Position numbers and translations under genes: made by a program
Notes under the pieces: model-generated
Told to the model about the DNA's origin: nothing
Databases searched by the model: none
What the model saw: only the letters and a program-made list of their open reading frames with translations
IMG/VR virus record: IMGVR_UViG_3300033075_001877
Coordinates: 6,842-70,841 of that record
Strand: one strand, 5' to 3'
Length of the DNA stretch: 64,000 nt
From: a virus
Lineage: Duplodnaviria; Caudoviricetes
In this document: in pieces, positions 52,703 to 61,436 of the stretch
How the letters are laid out: every line of letters starts with the position of its first letter
Numbering within the stretch: the stretch's first letter is position 1

Positions 52703-54031
52703 CTACGCCTCGAACGCCTCGAACGACGCGAGCAGCGCGTCGGCCTCTTCGGCCGTGCGCTTCACCATCTCGCCGCGCACGAAGTCGGCGAGCGCCTCGA
52801 TGTTCGCGTGCAGCTCCGGCGAGAACGCCGCAGCGCTCGCGCTGATCGGCGCGAGCGCGCCCGCTGCCGCGAGATCGAACGTGCCGGCCTCGTCCGCGAA
52901 GCCCACCGGGCGCGGCACCTGGAAGCCTGGCGCGTTCACGCTGAGCACCGCGAGGAGCTCGAGCGCGCCCTTCTGGCGCTTCCAGTGGCCCGACACCGCG
53001 CTGTGCGCGCCGGCGTGCAGGTCGGCCTCGGTCACGCCCGGGCGCGGCGCGCCCGAGACCCAGATCCCGAAGGCGTCTTCGCCGATCACGACGTCGCACC
53101 AGGCGCGGCAGGTGTTCGCGTAGAACTCCGCCGTCTCGGCGCTCGACAGCTCGGGGCGGGCGTGCGCGTTGCCGAGCACGAGCGGGCCGGTCCAGACCGT
53201 CTCGCCGTCGGCGCGCCGGCGCGGGTGGGTCGCGAAGTGCGCGTAGTTCGAGCGCGAGCGCGGCGGCGTGACGCAGCGGCCGTCCACGCCGACGTGGCAG
53301 GTGTCCCACGTCGCGATGTGGCCCATCACGCGGCCCTCGGGCGTCACGTGCACGGGCGTCGCGCGCTCGAGCTCGGGGTTCGAGAACATCTCGGTCGGCA
53401 GGTCCGCGAGCACGGCGGACGCCTGCAGGTCCGACACCTCGCGGACCTCGAACTCGTCGGCGGCGAACTCGAGCATCTCGGGCAGCATCACGGCCGCGGC
53501 GGCGAGATCGTCGGTGCCGTAGTGCTCGGCGAAGCTCGCGAGCATCGCCTTCGCGTCCGGGAACGCGGGCTTGGCCACGCCGGTGACGCCGCGGAAGCTC
53601 GACTGCAGCAGGTCGATCTCGAACGAGTCGGTCTTGTCGTTGTAGTTGAACTTCACCTTCGACACGGACAGGTCGACCGACATGCCTTTCTGCACCTTGG
53701 TGTCGATCATGAACGCGGCCATGTTCCCGTCGGGCGTGTCGGCGATCCAGCCGTAGCCGGTCACCTTGCCGCTCTTGTCGATCTCGAGGCGATCAACGCG
53801 GCCCACGGGCACCGACTCCATGTGCGCCGGCAAGTTCTTGAACTGGAACGCGAAGGTGTGCGGGAAGTGCTGGGCGCTGAACCCGTCCTTCACGATCAGG
53901 CGGCCGTCGGGCGTGCGCTTGTCGACGTGCATCATCGGCGAGAACTTCACCGCTCGCAGCATGCCCGTCGGGACCTTGGCGGCATCGAACTCCTCGCCGA
54001 ACGCCGCGACGATCTCGGTGGTGTCGAACAT
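52703..54031 (-). CDS. capsid maturation protease
   Basis: Between portal and capsid; 'SVDL', 'GVTGVAKPAF', 'GRVMGHIATWDTCH...YAHF'; GAGGAG RBS. Confidence 0.8.
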   Translation of the reverse strand: MFDTTEIVAAFGEEFDAAKVPTGMLRAVKFSPMMHVDKRTPDGRLIVKDGFSAQHFPHTFAFQFKNLPAHMESVPVGRVDRLEIDKSGKVTGYGWIADTPDGNMAAFMIDTKVQKGMSVDLSVSKVKFNYNDKTDSFEIDLLQSSFRGVTGVAKPAFPDAKAMLASFAEHYGTDDLAAAAVMLPEMLEFAADEFEVREVSDLQASAVLADLPTEMFSNPELERATPVHVTPEGRVMGHIATWDTCHVGVDGRCVTPPRSRSNYAHFATHPRRRADGETVWTGPLVLGNAHARPELSSAETAEFYANTCRAWCDVVIGEDAFGIWVSGAPRPGVTEADLHAGAHSAVSGHWKRQKGALELLAVLSVNAPGFQVPRPVGFADEAGTFDLAAAGALAPISASAAAFSPELHANIEALADFVRGEMVKRTAEEADALLASFEAFEA

Positions 54032-54033
54032 GG

Positions 54034-55860
54034 TCAGCTCTCCTCGTCGGTCGACTCGATGATGGCGTGGGCCTCGTCGATTGTCAGGCTGGGCGCGCGA
54101 TGGCCGACCACGTCGGCGACCATGCGGCGCGTGAACGCAGCGATCTCCTCGGGCGTGCACACGTCGGCCAGCAGCTCGTCGAGCACGCCTCGCGTGGCTT
54201 GGCGCGCCGTGGCGAAGTCCATCTCCGGCAAGTGCGTGTGCACGAGCTGGTTGGGCACGCCCTTGACCTGCGCGGCAAGGTCGGCGTGCGACGGCTGGGC
54301 GAGCATGGCGCGCAGGCGCGCGCCCACGTGCGTGAAGGCGGCGCGGTAGCCCACGACGGCCGCCGGCGCGAGCTCTGCGGCGCGCCCGGCACCCTTCACG
54401 CCCCCGGCGTTGCCCCCAGCGCCGCCACCCGGCCGGCCGGCGGTCGAGTTGCCCGGCCCGACCTTGGCGCGCACGGGCGTCGCCGCTCCGGGAGGCCCGG
54501 CCTTGGCCGCCGTCTTCACCTTGGCCCAGTCGATCTTCGAGGCGATGGGCAGGCCGAGGGTCGCGAGGTATGGGTCGCCCTGCTGCACGCCGAGCCAGCG
54601 GACGTACTCCTCGTCCTCCATGCGCTCGGACTCGTCGATGCCGGTGCGCGCCCGGAGCGCGGTGCCGCTGAGCGTGCCGCGGTCGTGCATCTCGAAGGCG
54701 TCCTGGCCCTCGGTCGGACGCGCCACGAGGTCGCTGCCGTCGGCCACGATGTAGAGCTCGGACACGTCGGTCGCGCTCGCGCCAGCGGCCACGAGCGAGG
54801 GCTTGAGCACCACGCTGGTGAGCGCCATCGCCCACGCGTCGCCCACGGGCTTGAGGCTCGCGCGGTAGCTCGAGTCCTGGATCGACCACGTGGACCAGTG
54901 GTTCGCGTCGCCCATGCCCTGCTGCATCTCGCTGGGCATGTCGAGCCCCTGCGCGATCGCATCGCGCAGCTCGCGCCGCTGCGCCATCTCTGCCTCGCTG
55001 ACGAGACGGTCGAGCGTGATGTGCACGATCTTGTCGCCCTCGCCAGACGGGCCCGAGACCATGATCGGGATGCGCGCCGCGGCGGTGTCGTGCGAGGCCA
55101 TGGAGAGCTCCATGACGTCGGCGATCTGCTGGATGATCGGGCGCGCCGTCTTGCGCCCGGTGCCGTTCGGCCGCGACACCTCGCCGGCCATCTGGATCGT
55201 GTTCGGCACGAAGAGGATCCCGGCGGAGGCCAGGCGCGAGTCGAGTGACGCCGAGATGACGTCGTACAGCGTCTTGAGCTGCTTGCACGGCTCGTGCAGC
55301 GCGGTGAGCGAGCTGTCGGCCTGCACGCGCCGGCCCGGGTGGCGTCGCCAGACCCGGCGCACGTAGTCGGTGCTCTTCACGAGCTTGCCGTCGATCTTCA
55401 TGCCGACGCGGCCCGTCGCCGTGAACGCGTCGAGGATCTCGACCTCGTTGTTCGACCAGAGCGACCAGTGGGTCTGCCCGCTGATCTCGGTGCCGTACAG
55501 CCAGCAGTCGGCATCGACGGTCCACATCACGCCGAAGAGGCGCGCGAGCTCGCTGATCCCGTCGCCGTTGTCGAGGTCGAGCAGGATCTTCCAGGCCAGC
55601 GCGTTGTCGTCGTCGGCGAACTCGATCTTCCCATCGCGCACGACGCGCCGGGCGATCTTGAAGTCGAAGCGCTGCAGGGCCGAGCCCATGAACGTCGCTG
55701 GGTAGTGCACCTCGGGGAGCGCGTCGTACCAGGTCCAGTTGTCCTTCGCGTTCTTCGGCGCGTTGGACTTGATCTTGCGCAGCGCCTCGTGGTCCGTCGG
55801 GTCCACGATCGCGGCAGCAGCGCGCAGGTCAGCATCCTTGTCGCGCCGGAACAGCCCCAT
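54034..55860 (-). CDS. portal protein
   Basis: First late gene; 'RVWRRHP...ADS', 'SRLASAGILFVP', 'GDANHWSTWSI'. Confidence 0.82.
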   Translation of the reverse strand: MGLFRRDKDADLRAAAAIVDPTDHEALRKIKSNAPKNAKDNWTWYDALPEVHYPATFMGSALQRFDFKIARRVVRDGKIEFADDDNALAWKILLDLDNGDGISELARLFGVMWTVDADCWLYGTEISGQTHWSLWSNNEVEILDAFTATGRVGMKIDGKLVKSTDYVRRVWRRHPGRRVQADSSLTALHEPCKQLKTLYDVISASLDSRLASAGILFVPNTIQMAGEVSRPNGTGRKTARPIIQQIADVMELSMASHDTAAARIPIMVSGPSGEGDKIVHITLDRLVSEAEMAQRRELRDAIAQGLDMPSEMQQGMGDANHWSTWSIQDSSYRASLKPVGDAWAMALTSVVLKPSLVAAGASATDVSELYIVADGSDLVARPTEGQDAFEMHDRGTLSGTALRARTGIDESERMEDEEYVRWLGVQQGDPYLATLGLPIASKIDWAKVKTAAKAGPPGAATPVRAKVGPGNSTAGRPGGGAGGNAGGVKGAGRAAELAPAAVVGYRAAFTHVGARLRAMLAQPSHADLAAQVKGVPNQLVHTHLPEMDFATARQATRGVLDELLADVCTPEEIAAFTRRMVADVVGHRAPSLTIDEAHAIIESTDEES

Positions 55861-55900
55861 CGGTCTCCTCGTCCCCCGCTAGGCGGTCGGTGTCGGGAAC

Positions 55901-56389
55901 CTACACGCGGGCGTCAACCCGCAGCCCGAGCGCGAGGAGCTCGGCCATCCGTGCCGGCACGGCGTTGCCGATGAGCTTGAACTGCATCGTGCGCGTGCCC
56001 TCGAAGCGGTAGTCGGGCGGGAAGTCCTGCAGGGCGGCAGCCTCGGCGGGCGTGAGGCGCACGGCGTCGGGGCCGCGGCGCTCGGCGTAGTGCAGTCGGC
56101 CGGCAGCGATGTCGTCGGCATTGAGCTTGTGCCCTGGCGGGTGGTTCCGGGCGCTGGACGCCACCGTGGTCGCCGGGGCGTCGAAGGTCCACGCCGGGAC
56201 CTCGCGGCCGCGCCACATGCGCGCCTTGCTTGTGACGGCGTTGGCGGGCTCGGTGATCGGGACCCAGTCGCGCCCGCGCTTGCCGTCGGCCGTGTCGTGC
56301 CCGAGATCGTCCTCGCGCGGCCAGCCCACGTGCGATACGAAGCGCCCCGGCTCGCGCTCGGCGAAGACGGTCGGGTCCGAGTTGCTCAT
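55901..56389 (-). CDS. C5-cytosine DNA methyltransferase, C-terminal half (TRD, motifs IX-X)
   Basis: 'RLTPAEAAALQDFP.DY.F', 'IGNAVP'; frame open only up to 56452; ATG 56389 has GGAG upstream. Confidence 0.82.
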   Translation of the reverse strand: MSNSDPTVFAEREPGRFVSHVGWPREDDLGHDTADGKRGRDWVPITEPANAVTSKARMWRGREVPAWTFDAPATTVASSARNHPPGHKLNADDIAAGRLHYAERRGPDAVRLTPAEAAALQDFPPDYRFEGTRTMQFKLIGNAVPARMAELLALGLRVDARV

Positions 56390-56646
56390 CTGGCGGGCGC
56401 TCCACTCGCGTCCTTCACGTCGTCGCTGGGCAGGGGCCAAGCAGCAACTCTGTCATACCCCCCGGTTATGGTCATGGCGACGCACCCGACGGGCACCGTG
56501 CCACCGCGGCTACCGTGCATCACCCACCATGTGATCAGTATCCCCGTATCTCGGTAGGCGGGGATCTAGAGTGCGGATCGGGTCCTCCGGGGCCCCCGGA
56601 GTTCGCCGTCACCGTCATCCGGTGACCAGAACCTGGAAGCAGTGCA

Positions 56647-56919
56647 ATGAAGCGGCCACCCCTTTCCGCCTTTCCGGAGCGTCCACAGAACATGCCCGAC
56701 TCGACTACTCATGACAGCCCTCGCAGCGGTCGCGTGAAGCCCATCAGAGTCACAGTTGACCTTGATCCGGTCGACTACGACACACTTAGAGAGTTCGCCT
56801 TCGGGGCGCGTATGACTCACACTGATGTTCTGCGATCCCTGGTACGGCTCCTCGGCTCGGAGGAGATCGGTGACCAGGTGCGCCGCTCGACCGCAATCGC
56901 AGGCGGTGCCACCCGATGA
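56647..56919 (+). CDS. ribbon-helix-helix protein (candidate controller of the cassette)
   Basis: 'IRVTVDLDPVDYDTLREFAFGARMTHTDVLRSLVRLL'. Confidence 0.7.
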   Translation: MKRPPLSAFPERPQNMPDSTTHDSPRSGRVKPIRVTVDLDPVDYDTLREFAFGARMTHTDVLRSLVRLLGSEEIGDQVRRSTAIAGGATR

Positions 56920-57818
56920 GCGCGCCACGAGGCGGAAAGGTCGGCGCCAACGGCGAACAGACCGATGACGGCGAGCGTGGCGTACAAGTATCCCCGCGCA
57001 ACAAGCTCAACGACCTCACCGCTCGGGAGTGGCTCCCTGAAACCGTGTCTGTGTGGCGCCAGAAGGGGCTGGGAGCGAATCATCCGGATGCGCAAATCGA
57101 GAAGCAGCATCCCGCACCTTTCTCCTTCACGGACATCTCTCGGTTGGTCCGATTCTTCACCAAGGCCGATCAGCTCGTACTCGACCCGTTCGTCGGAATC
57201 GGCTCGACGCTCAAGGCTGCGGCGGTTGAAGGCCGACGCGGCGTTGGGATCGAACTCAGTCCGTTCTTCGCCGATCTGGCTCGGCAACGTCTAGAGACGG
57301 AGCTGTCGGGAGGCCTATTTCCGGTCCCCGAGCAGACCGTGCTGGAGGGCGACGCCCGCGAGGTGCTGCCGACGCTCGAGACTGACTCTGTCGACTTCGT
57401 CGTGACGAGTCCTCCCTACTGGCAAATCTTGCACAAGAAGGACCACAAGGCCCGACAGGAACGGGAGGATAAGGGCCTCGCGACGCGGTATAGCGAGGAC
57501 GACCTCAGGGATCTCGGGAACATCGAGAGCTACGAGACGTTCCGAAAGGAGCTCACGAGCATCTTCAGCGAGTGCAGTCGCGTCCTGCGCCGCAACCAAT
57601 ACTTCTGCGCGATCGTCGGTGATTTCCGCGACGGCGGTCGCTACCACATGTTTCACGCTGATCTGGCTGCTGACCTCGAGGAGGCTACGCCCTTCGTCGT
57701 CAAGGGCCTCACCATCCTCTACCAGACACACAAACGCGTTTTCCCCTACGGATATCCAGCTGCTTTCGTGCCAAACCTGCACCACCAGTACATCGTGATT
57801 CTGAGGAACGAGAAGTGA
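56916..57818 (+). CDS. DNA amino-methyltransferase, N4C-like (motif I before motif IV)
   Basis: 'QHPAPF', 'VLDPFVGIGST', 'GIELS', 'TSPPY'. Confidence 0.9.
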   Translation: MSAPRGGKVGANGEQTDDGERGVQVSPRNKLNDLTAREWLPETVSVWRQKGLGANHPDAQIEKQHPAPFSFTDISRLVRFFTKADQLVLDPFVGIGSTLKAAAVEGRRGVGIELSPFFADLARQRLETELSGGLFPVPEQTVLEGDAREVLPTLETDSVDFVVTSPPYWQILHKKDHKARQEREDKGLATRYSEDDLRDLGNIESYETFRKELTSIFSECSRVLRRNQYFCAIVGDFRDGGRYHMFHADLAADLEEATPFVVKGLTILYQTHKRVFPYGYPAAFVPNLHHQYIVILRNEK

Positions 57819-58618
57819 AATACTCAACTGAGTTTCCACAGGACTTCCCCATCGACGCGGTGCATCTCGGTGACTGCGTCGAGCTATTGCGGAAGCTGCC
57901 GGATAGCTGCGCCCAGCTAGTCATCGCCGACCCGCCCTACAATCTCGGCCCGCGATTCGGGCTGGAGAAGGAGTGGGTCAGGGACGAGAAATGGCTGCCA
58001 TGGTGTCGGGAGTGGCTTGCTGAGTGCCGGCGAGTGCTCACGGATGACGGCAACATCCTCGTCTACGGCATCCACCACTACCTCTGCTACCTACAGGTCC
58101 ATCTCTACGAACTCGGCATGGAGTACCGGCGACAGATAATCTGGTTCTACGAGAATGGATTCACGACATATCGCCGCTCGTTGGCGACTCACTACGAGCC
58201 GATCCTTTGGTTCTCCAAGTCAGGTGACTACTACTTCAGGGAGATCCGCGAGCCCTACAAGAGCACCGAGAGGTTGAAGAGTCCCGTCACAAAGAACGGG
58301 AAAGTGTGGACGCCACACCCTGATGGCCGATTGGCAGGGGATGTCTGGAACTTCCCTACCCTGGCCGGCCGTCGGTTCCGCGACGAGAAGGTCGACCATC
58401 CGACGCAGAAGCCGTTGTCGCTCACGGATCGGATCGTCAACCACTTCTCAGAGCCAGGTTCGGTTGTCGTGGTCCCCTTTGCGGGTAGTGGAACCGAGTG
58501 TGTAAGCGCTGCACGCAATGGTCGGCACTTCTGGGGCTGCGAGATCAAGCCGGAGTACGTGGCGCTCGCCGAATCTCGCCTCGGGTCGAGCCTGTCGGCT
58601 CAAGAGGCCCTCTGGTAG
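57815..58618 (+). CDS. DNA amino-methyltransferase, beta class (motif IV before motif I)
   Basis: 'GDCVELL', 'ADPPYN', 'HEP/YEP', 'HPTQKPLSL', 'PFAGSGT', 'GCEIKPEY'. Confidence 0.92.
   Translation: MKYSTEFPQDFPIDAVHLGDCVELLRKLPDSCAQLVIADPPYNLGPRFGLEKEWVRDEKWLPWCREWLAECRRVLTDDGNILVYGIHHYLCYLQVHLYELGMEYRRQIIWFYENGFTTYRRSLATHYEPILWFSKSGDYYFREIREPYKSTERLKSPVTKNGKVWTPHPDGRLAGDVWNFPTLAGRRFRDEKVDHPTQKPLSLTDRIVNHFSEPGSVVVVPFAGSGTECVSAARNGRHFWGCEIKPEYVALAESRLGSSLSAQEALW
58306..58368 (+). repeat. 63-bp segment duplicated at 12988-13050
   Basis: Exact identity; this copy is in its native in-frame context (WTPHPDGRLAGDVWNFPTLAG). Confidence 0.95.
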
Positions 58619-58620
58619 GC

Positions 58621-59274
58621 CTACTTCGCAGGAACCAAGCCCGCCGCGATCAGGTCATCGATTTGGCCGAACCGCGTTAGCAGTGGGACCACGCCATCCG
58701 GTTCCCCGAGCCCCTCGGCGAGCGAGCGCCATGGCGCCAGGCCGTGCGCGCCGCCGCGGGCATGCGTCGGCTCTGGCCAGACCAGGGCACCCCCGTCGTT
58801 CCGAGCGATCACGAAGACGCGCTGGCGGCGCTGGGGCACGCCGAAGTCGGCGGCATCGAGCACGGCGGTGCGCGCCTCGTAGCCCAGGTCGACGAGAGCG
58901 TTCACGATGAAGTCGAGGTACCAGCGGTGCTTCGACGTGGCCAGGCCCATGACGTTCTCCATCGCGATCGCTCGCGGGCGGAGCGCTACGACGGCGCGCA
59001 GGAAGGCCGGCACGCCGTTGCGATCGTCCGTGGCGCCGAGGCGCGATCCGCTCTTCGAGAACGGCTGGCAGGGCGGGCTCGCCCAGAGCAGGTCCGGGGC
59101 GTCGAAGCCGGCCCAGTCCGTCTCGTCGAGGTCCCCGCGCACCGTGGCGAAGCCGTTGAGGTCGTGCACGCGGCACGCGGCGTCCCAGATCTCGAAGCCG
59201 AGCACCTCAAACCCGGCGCGGTGCAGCCCGACCGAGGCGCCGCCCGCCCCGCAGAACAGGTCGAAGGCCTTCAC
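58621..59274 (-). CDS. C5-cytosine DNA methyltransferase, N-terminal half (motifs I-VIII) with a foreign 28-aa tail
   Basis: 'DLFCGAGG', 'SPPCQPFS', 'ENV', 'DFGVPQRRQR'; lacks motifs IX-X. Confidence 0.88.
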   Translation of the reverse strand: MKAFDLFCGAGGASVGLHRAGFEVLGFEIWDAACRVHDLNGFATVRGDLDETDWAGFDAPDLLWASPPCQPFSKSGSRLGATDDRNGVPAFLRAVVALRPRAIAMENVMGLATSKHRWYLDFIVNALVDLGYEARTAVLDAADFGVPQRRQRVFVIARNDGGALVWPEPTHARGGAHGLAPWRSLAEGLGEPDGVVPLLTRFGQIDDLIAAGLVPAK

Positions 59275-59642
59275 GACGCCCGGGCGAGCAGTCGGCGCGA
59301 CGCGCTCGCGCGGTTGGGCTTCACCGGGGGCTCGCCGAAGGTGGCCAGCTCCTCGTCGACCATGGCCTCGTACAGCTCGGGGTAGAGCGCGACGAGCCGG
59401 CTCAACGCCCGGCGGCGCGCCTTGTGGTAGGCCTGGGTCCGCTCGGGAGACTTCCGCCCCCCGCGGTGGCGCTCCCGCTTGCGACGAGGACCACCGACGG
59501 AGACGACATGACCGGCGACCAGGACGTTGACGCGCTCAACGGCTTCCACCCCGACGCGCTTCCGGCAGGGGCCGCACTGCCGGCCGCCGTCGGCAGGGAA
59601 CAGCTCCCCGCACCCGCACTCGGTGTACCCGTGGACTTCCAC
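59271..59642 (-). CDS. hypothetical protein with Zn ribbon and basic helix
   Basis: 'CGCGELF...CGPCRK', 'KARRRALSRLVALYPELYEAM'; stop overlaps the methylase start; start uncertain. Confidence 0.55.
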   Translation of the reverse strand: MEVHGYTECGCGELFPADGGRQCGPCRKRVGVEAVERVNVLVAGHVVSVGGPRRKRERHRGGRKSPERTQAYHKARRRALSRLVALYPELYEAMVDEELATFGEPPVKPNRASASRRLLARAS

Positions 59643-59651
59643 GGCCTCATC

Positions 59652-60146
59652 ATGCCGCTCGAGGAGCGCAAGGCGCGGATTCTGGCCCGGCTGAGCGCCA
59701 CCGCGCTCGAGATCGGCGCCGAGCTCCTGGCGGCGCGCACCGAGCACGAGGGCGAGTTCATGGCGTGGGTCGAGCGCGAGCTGCCCTTCGGCATCGACAA
59801 GGCGGAGCGCCTCATGGCGATCTCGCGCTCCTTCGCCGAGGTCGATCCCGCGGTACGCGGCGCGCTGCCGGCGGCATGGACCGCGCTCTACGAGCTGCAG
59901 AAGCTCCCGCCCGCCGCGCTCGCGCGCTCGGTCGACCTCGGCGTGGTGCGCCCCGGCATGACCGTCGAGCAGGCGAAGGAGCACGTGCGCGAGCAGCTCG
60001 GCGCCCGCAAGGCCGAAGAGGTCCGCCAGGTGGCGGACACCTCACGTACGATCGCTGAGGCGCACGCACTCGCGCTGCTCCGGCACTACCCGAGCGACAT
60101 CACCGACTCGACGATGGAGGCGCTCCGCTCATGGCTCAATGGCTGA
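59652..60146 (+). CDS. DUF3102-family protein
   Basis: 'ALEIGAELLAAR..HEGEFMAWVERELPFGIDKAERLMAI', 'TALYEL'; start may be further upstream (59508). Confidence 0.78.
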   Translation: MPLEERKARILARLSATALEIGAELLAARTEHEGEFMAWVERELPFGIDKAERLMAISRSFAEVDPAVRGALPAAWTALYELQKLPPAALARSVDLGVVRPGMTVEQAKEHVREQLGARKAEEVRQVADTSRTIAEAHALALLRHYPSDITDSTMEALRSWLNG

Positions 60147-60457
60147 TCGTCCCCCGCTCCTTCGTCCACCTGCTGGACGAGGAGCGCATGGCCGCCCGCT
60201 CGCTCGCCGAGGGGCTCAACGGCTACGCCCGGTGCCGGGAGGGCCAGCGCGGCTGGACCTACACCTCAGTCGAGGCGCTCGACAAGCGCATCGCCGCGAG
60301 CGACGACCCGCCGCCGGCCGGCGTGGTGTGCCCGAGCTGCCTCGCGCTCTGGGGCGAGCAGATCGTCATAGACGAGGAGCTTGATGAGGCACTGGCGCGC
60401 GGCTACCGGGTCGCCGGCCCAGCTTCTCTTCCAGAGCATCTCGAACGAACTGGCTGA
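60131..60457 (+). CDS. hypothetical protein with C...CPSC
   Basis: Coding bias; follows the DUF3102 gene. Confidence 0.45.
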   Translation: MAQWLIVPRSFVHLLDEERMAARSLAEGLNGYARCREGQRGWTYTSVEALDKRIAASDDPPPAGVVCPSCLALWGEQIVIDEELDEALARGYRVAGPASLPEHLERTG

Positions 60458-60554
60458 CGTTCCCCTCGCCGCCCGCCGCCTTCTCGACGCGGTCGCGCAG
60501 CTCGCTCGGGATCCGCAGCTTCAAGATGGCGTCGTTGTTGACCGCGCCTGCCAT
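60366..60554 (-). CDS. ribbon-helix-helix DNA-binding protein
   Basis: 'ILKLRIPSELRDRVEKAAGGEGNVSQFVRDALEEKL'. Confidence 0.78.
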   Translation of the reverse strand: MAGAVNNDAILKLRIPSELRDRVEKAAGGEGNVSQFVRDALEEKLGRRPGSRAPVPHQAPRL

Positions 60555-60556
60555 GG

Positions 60557-60802
60557 TCAGTCCCCTTCGATGTCACTGGCCGTCACATCTTCGCCGATCT
60601 CGATGCCGCGCTCGCGCTCGTACTCGCGCACGGCGGTGACCAGCTTGTAGATGAAGTCGAGCTCTTCCTGCTTGCTCACGAGCATGGAGGCGTTCACCTC
60701 GAGCCGGACGATGCCGCCGCTCGCGAGGTGCAGCGTGTGGTCGACGTGGAAGTAGCCCATCCCGTCGCCACGGGTCATCGGCAGATCGTCGCGTTCGGCC
60801 AT
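60557..60802 (-). CDS. hypothetical protein (81 aa)
   Basis: GAGGA upstream; coding bias. Confidence 0.55.
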   Translation of the reverse strand: MAERDDLPMTRGDGMGYFHVDHTLHLASGGIVRLEVNASMLVSKQEELDFIYKLVTAVREYERERGIEIGEDVTASDIEGD

Positions 60803-60858
60803 GTGGCGATCCTCGCCTACTTGTGCCCACGTCATGTGCCCACGTAAGTTGCAGTTCC

Positions 60859-61347
60859 ATGACGAACCGACTTCGCCTCCTGCTCTGCGCAGTGGCCATC
60901 TCCGTCCTGTCTGCCTGCACGCCCGCGCAGGTGGCCCACTTCATGAGCCTCGAGCGCGCCGAGCGCGACCCGCTCATCGAGCACGTCATCGCGTCGGCGG
61001 CCGAGGAGTTCGACGTCCCGCCGGCACTGCTCATCGCCATGGCGCGCTGCGAGTCGGGCCTGCGCCCGGACGCGAAGAGCCCGCTGTCGAGTGCAGCCGG
61101 CCTCTTCCAGTTCCTCGACGGCTCGTGGAACGGCTGGCCGCGCCCAGACGGCACGCTGAGCCGCGGAGCGCGCTTCCGGCTCTTCGATCGCGGCATCGAG
61201 CCCGAGCCGTACGCGCCCGAGGACGTCTGGAACCCGGTGGCGGCGTCGCGCACCGCGGCGAGCATCGTCAGCGAGGGCGGGCTCACCTGGTGGGACGAGA
61301 GCATCCACTGCTGGGGAAGCGTCGCCGTGCGCACCGGCATGCGGTAG
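60859..61347 (+). CDS. lytic transglycosylase (SLT-like) lipoprotein
   Basis: Lipobox LSA-C; catalytic 'ARCESG', 'AAGLFQF..SW', C-terminal 'GGLTWW...CW'. Confidence 0.85.
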   Translation: MTNRLRLLLCAVAISVLSACTPAQVAHFMSLERAERDPLIEHVIASAAEEFDVPPALLIAMARCESGLRPDAKSPLSSAAGLFQFLDGSWNGWPRPDGTLSRGARFRLFDRGIEPEPYAPEDVWNPVAASRTAASIVSEGGLTWWDESIHCWGSVAVRTGMR

Positions 61348-61397
61348 CTTGCGACCGCTCCACGGTCAGTGGTCCTCTCCGTGGAGCGCGACGGACG

Positions 61398-61429
61398 ACG
61401 GCCCCGGGGTCCCGCCACCCCGGGGCCGT
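61398..61429. terminator. bidirectional terminator-like hairpin between the convergent SLT and lsr2 genes
   Basis: 13-bp perfect stem ACGGCCCCGGGGT / ACCCCGGGGCCGT, 6-nt loop. Confidence 0.75.
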
Positions 61430-61436
61430 TGCGCGT

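Larger units (their letters stand above)
56450..58705. mobile_element. foreign insertion (RHH + two amino-methyltransferases) splitting the C5 methyltransferase; borders approximate
   Basis: Visibly more A/T-ending codons, opposite orientation, lies between the two halves of one enzyme; no transposase or clear target duplication. Confidence 0.7.

Noticed and set aside
56585-56601. Perfect palindrome CTCCGGGG-C-CCCCGGAG upstream of the RHH gene
   Set aside because: Single GC-rich copy; could be an RHH operator but cannot be distinguished from chance without further evidence.
56431-58715. Terminal inverted repeat or target-site duplication for the methylase cassette (AGGGGC ... GCCCCT)
   Set aside because: Only 6 bp of GC-rich sequence, expected by chance; no transposase or recombinase; not called an IS.
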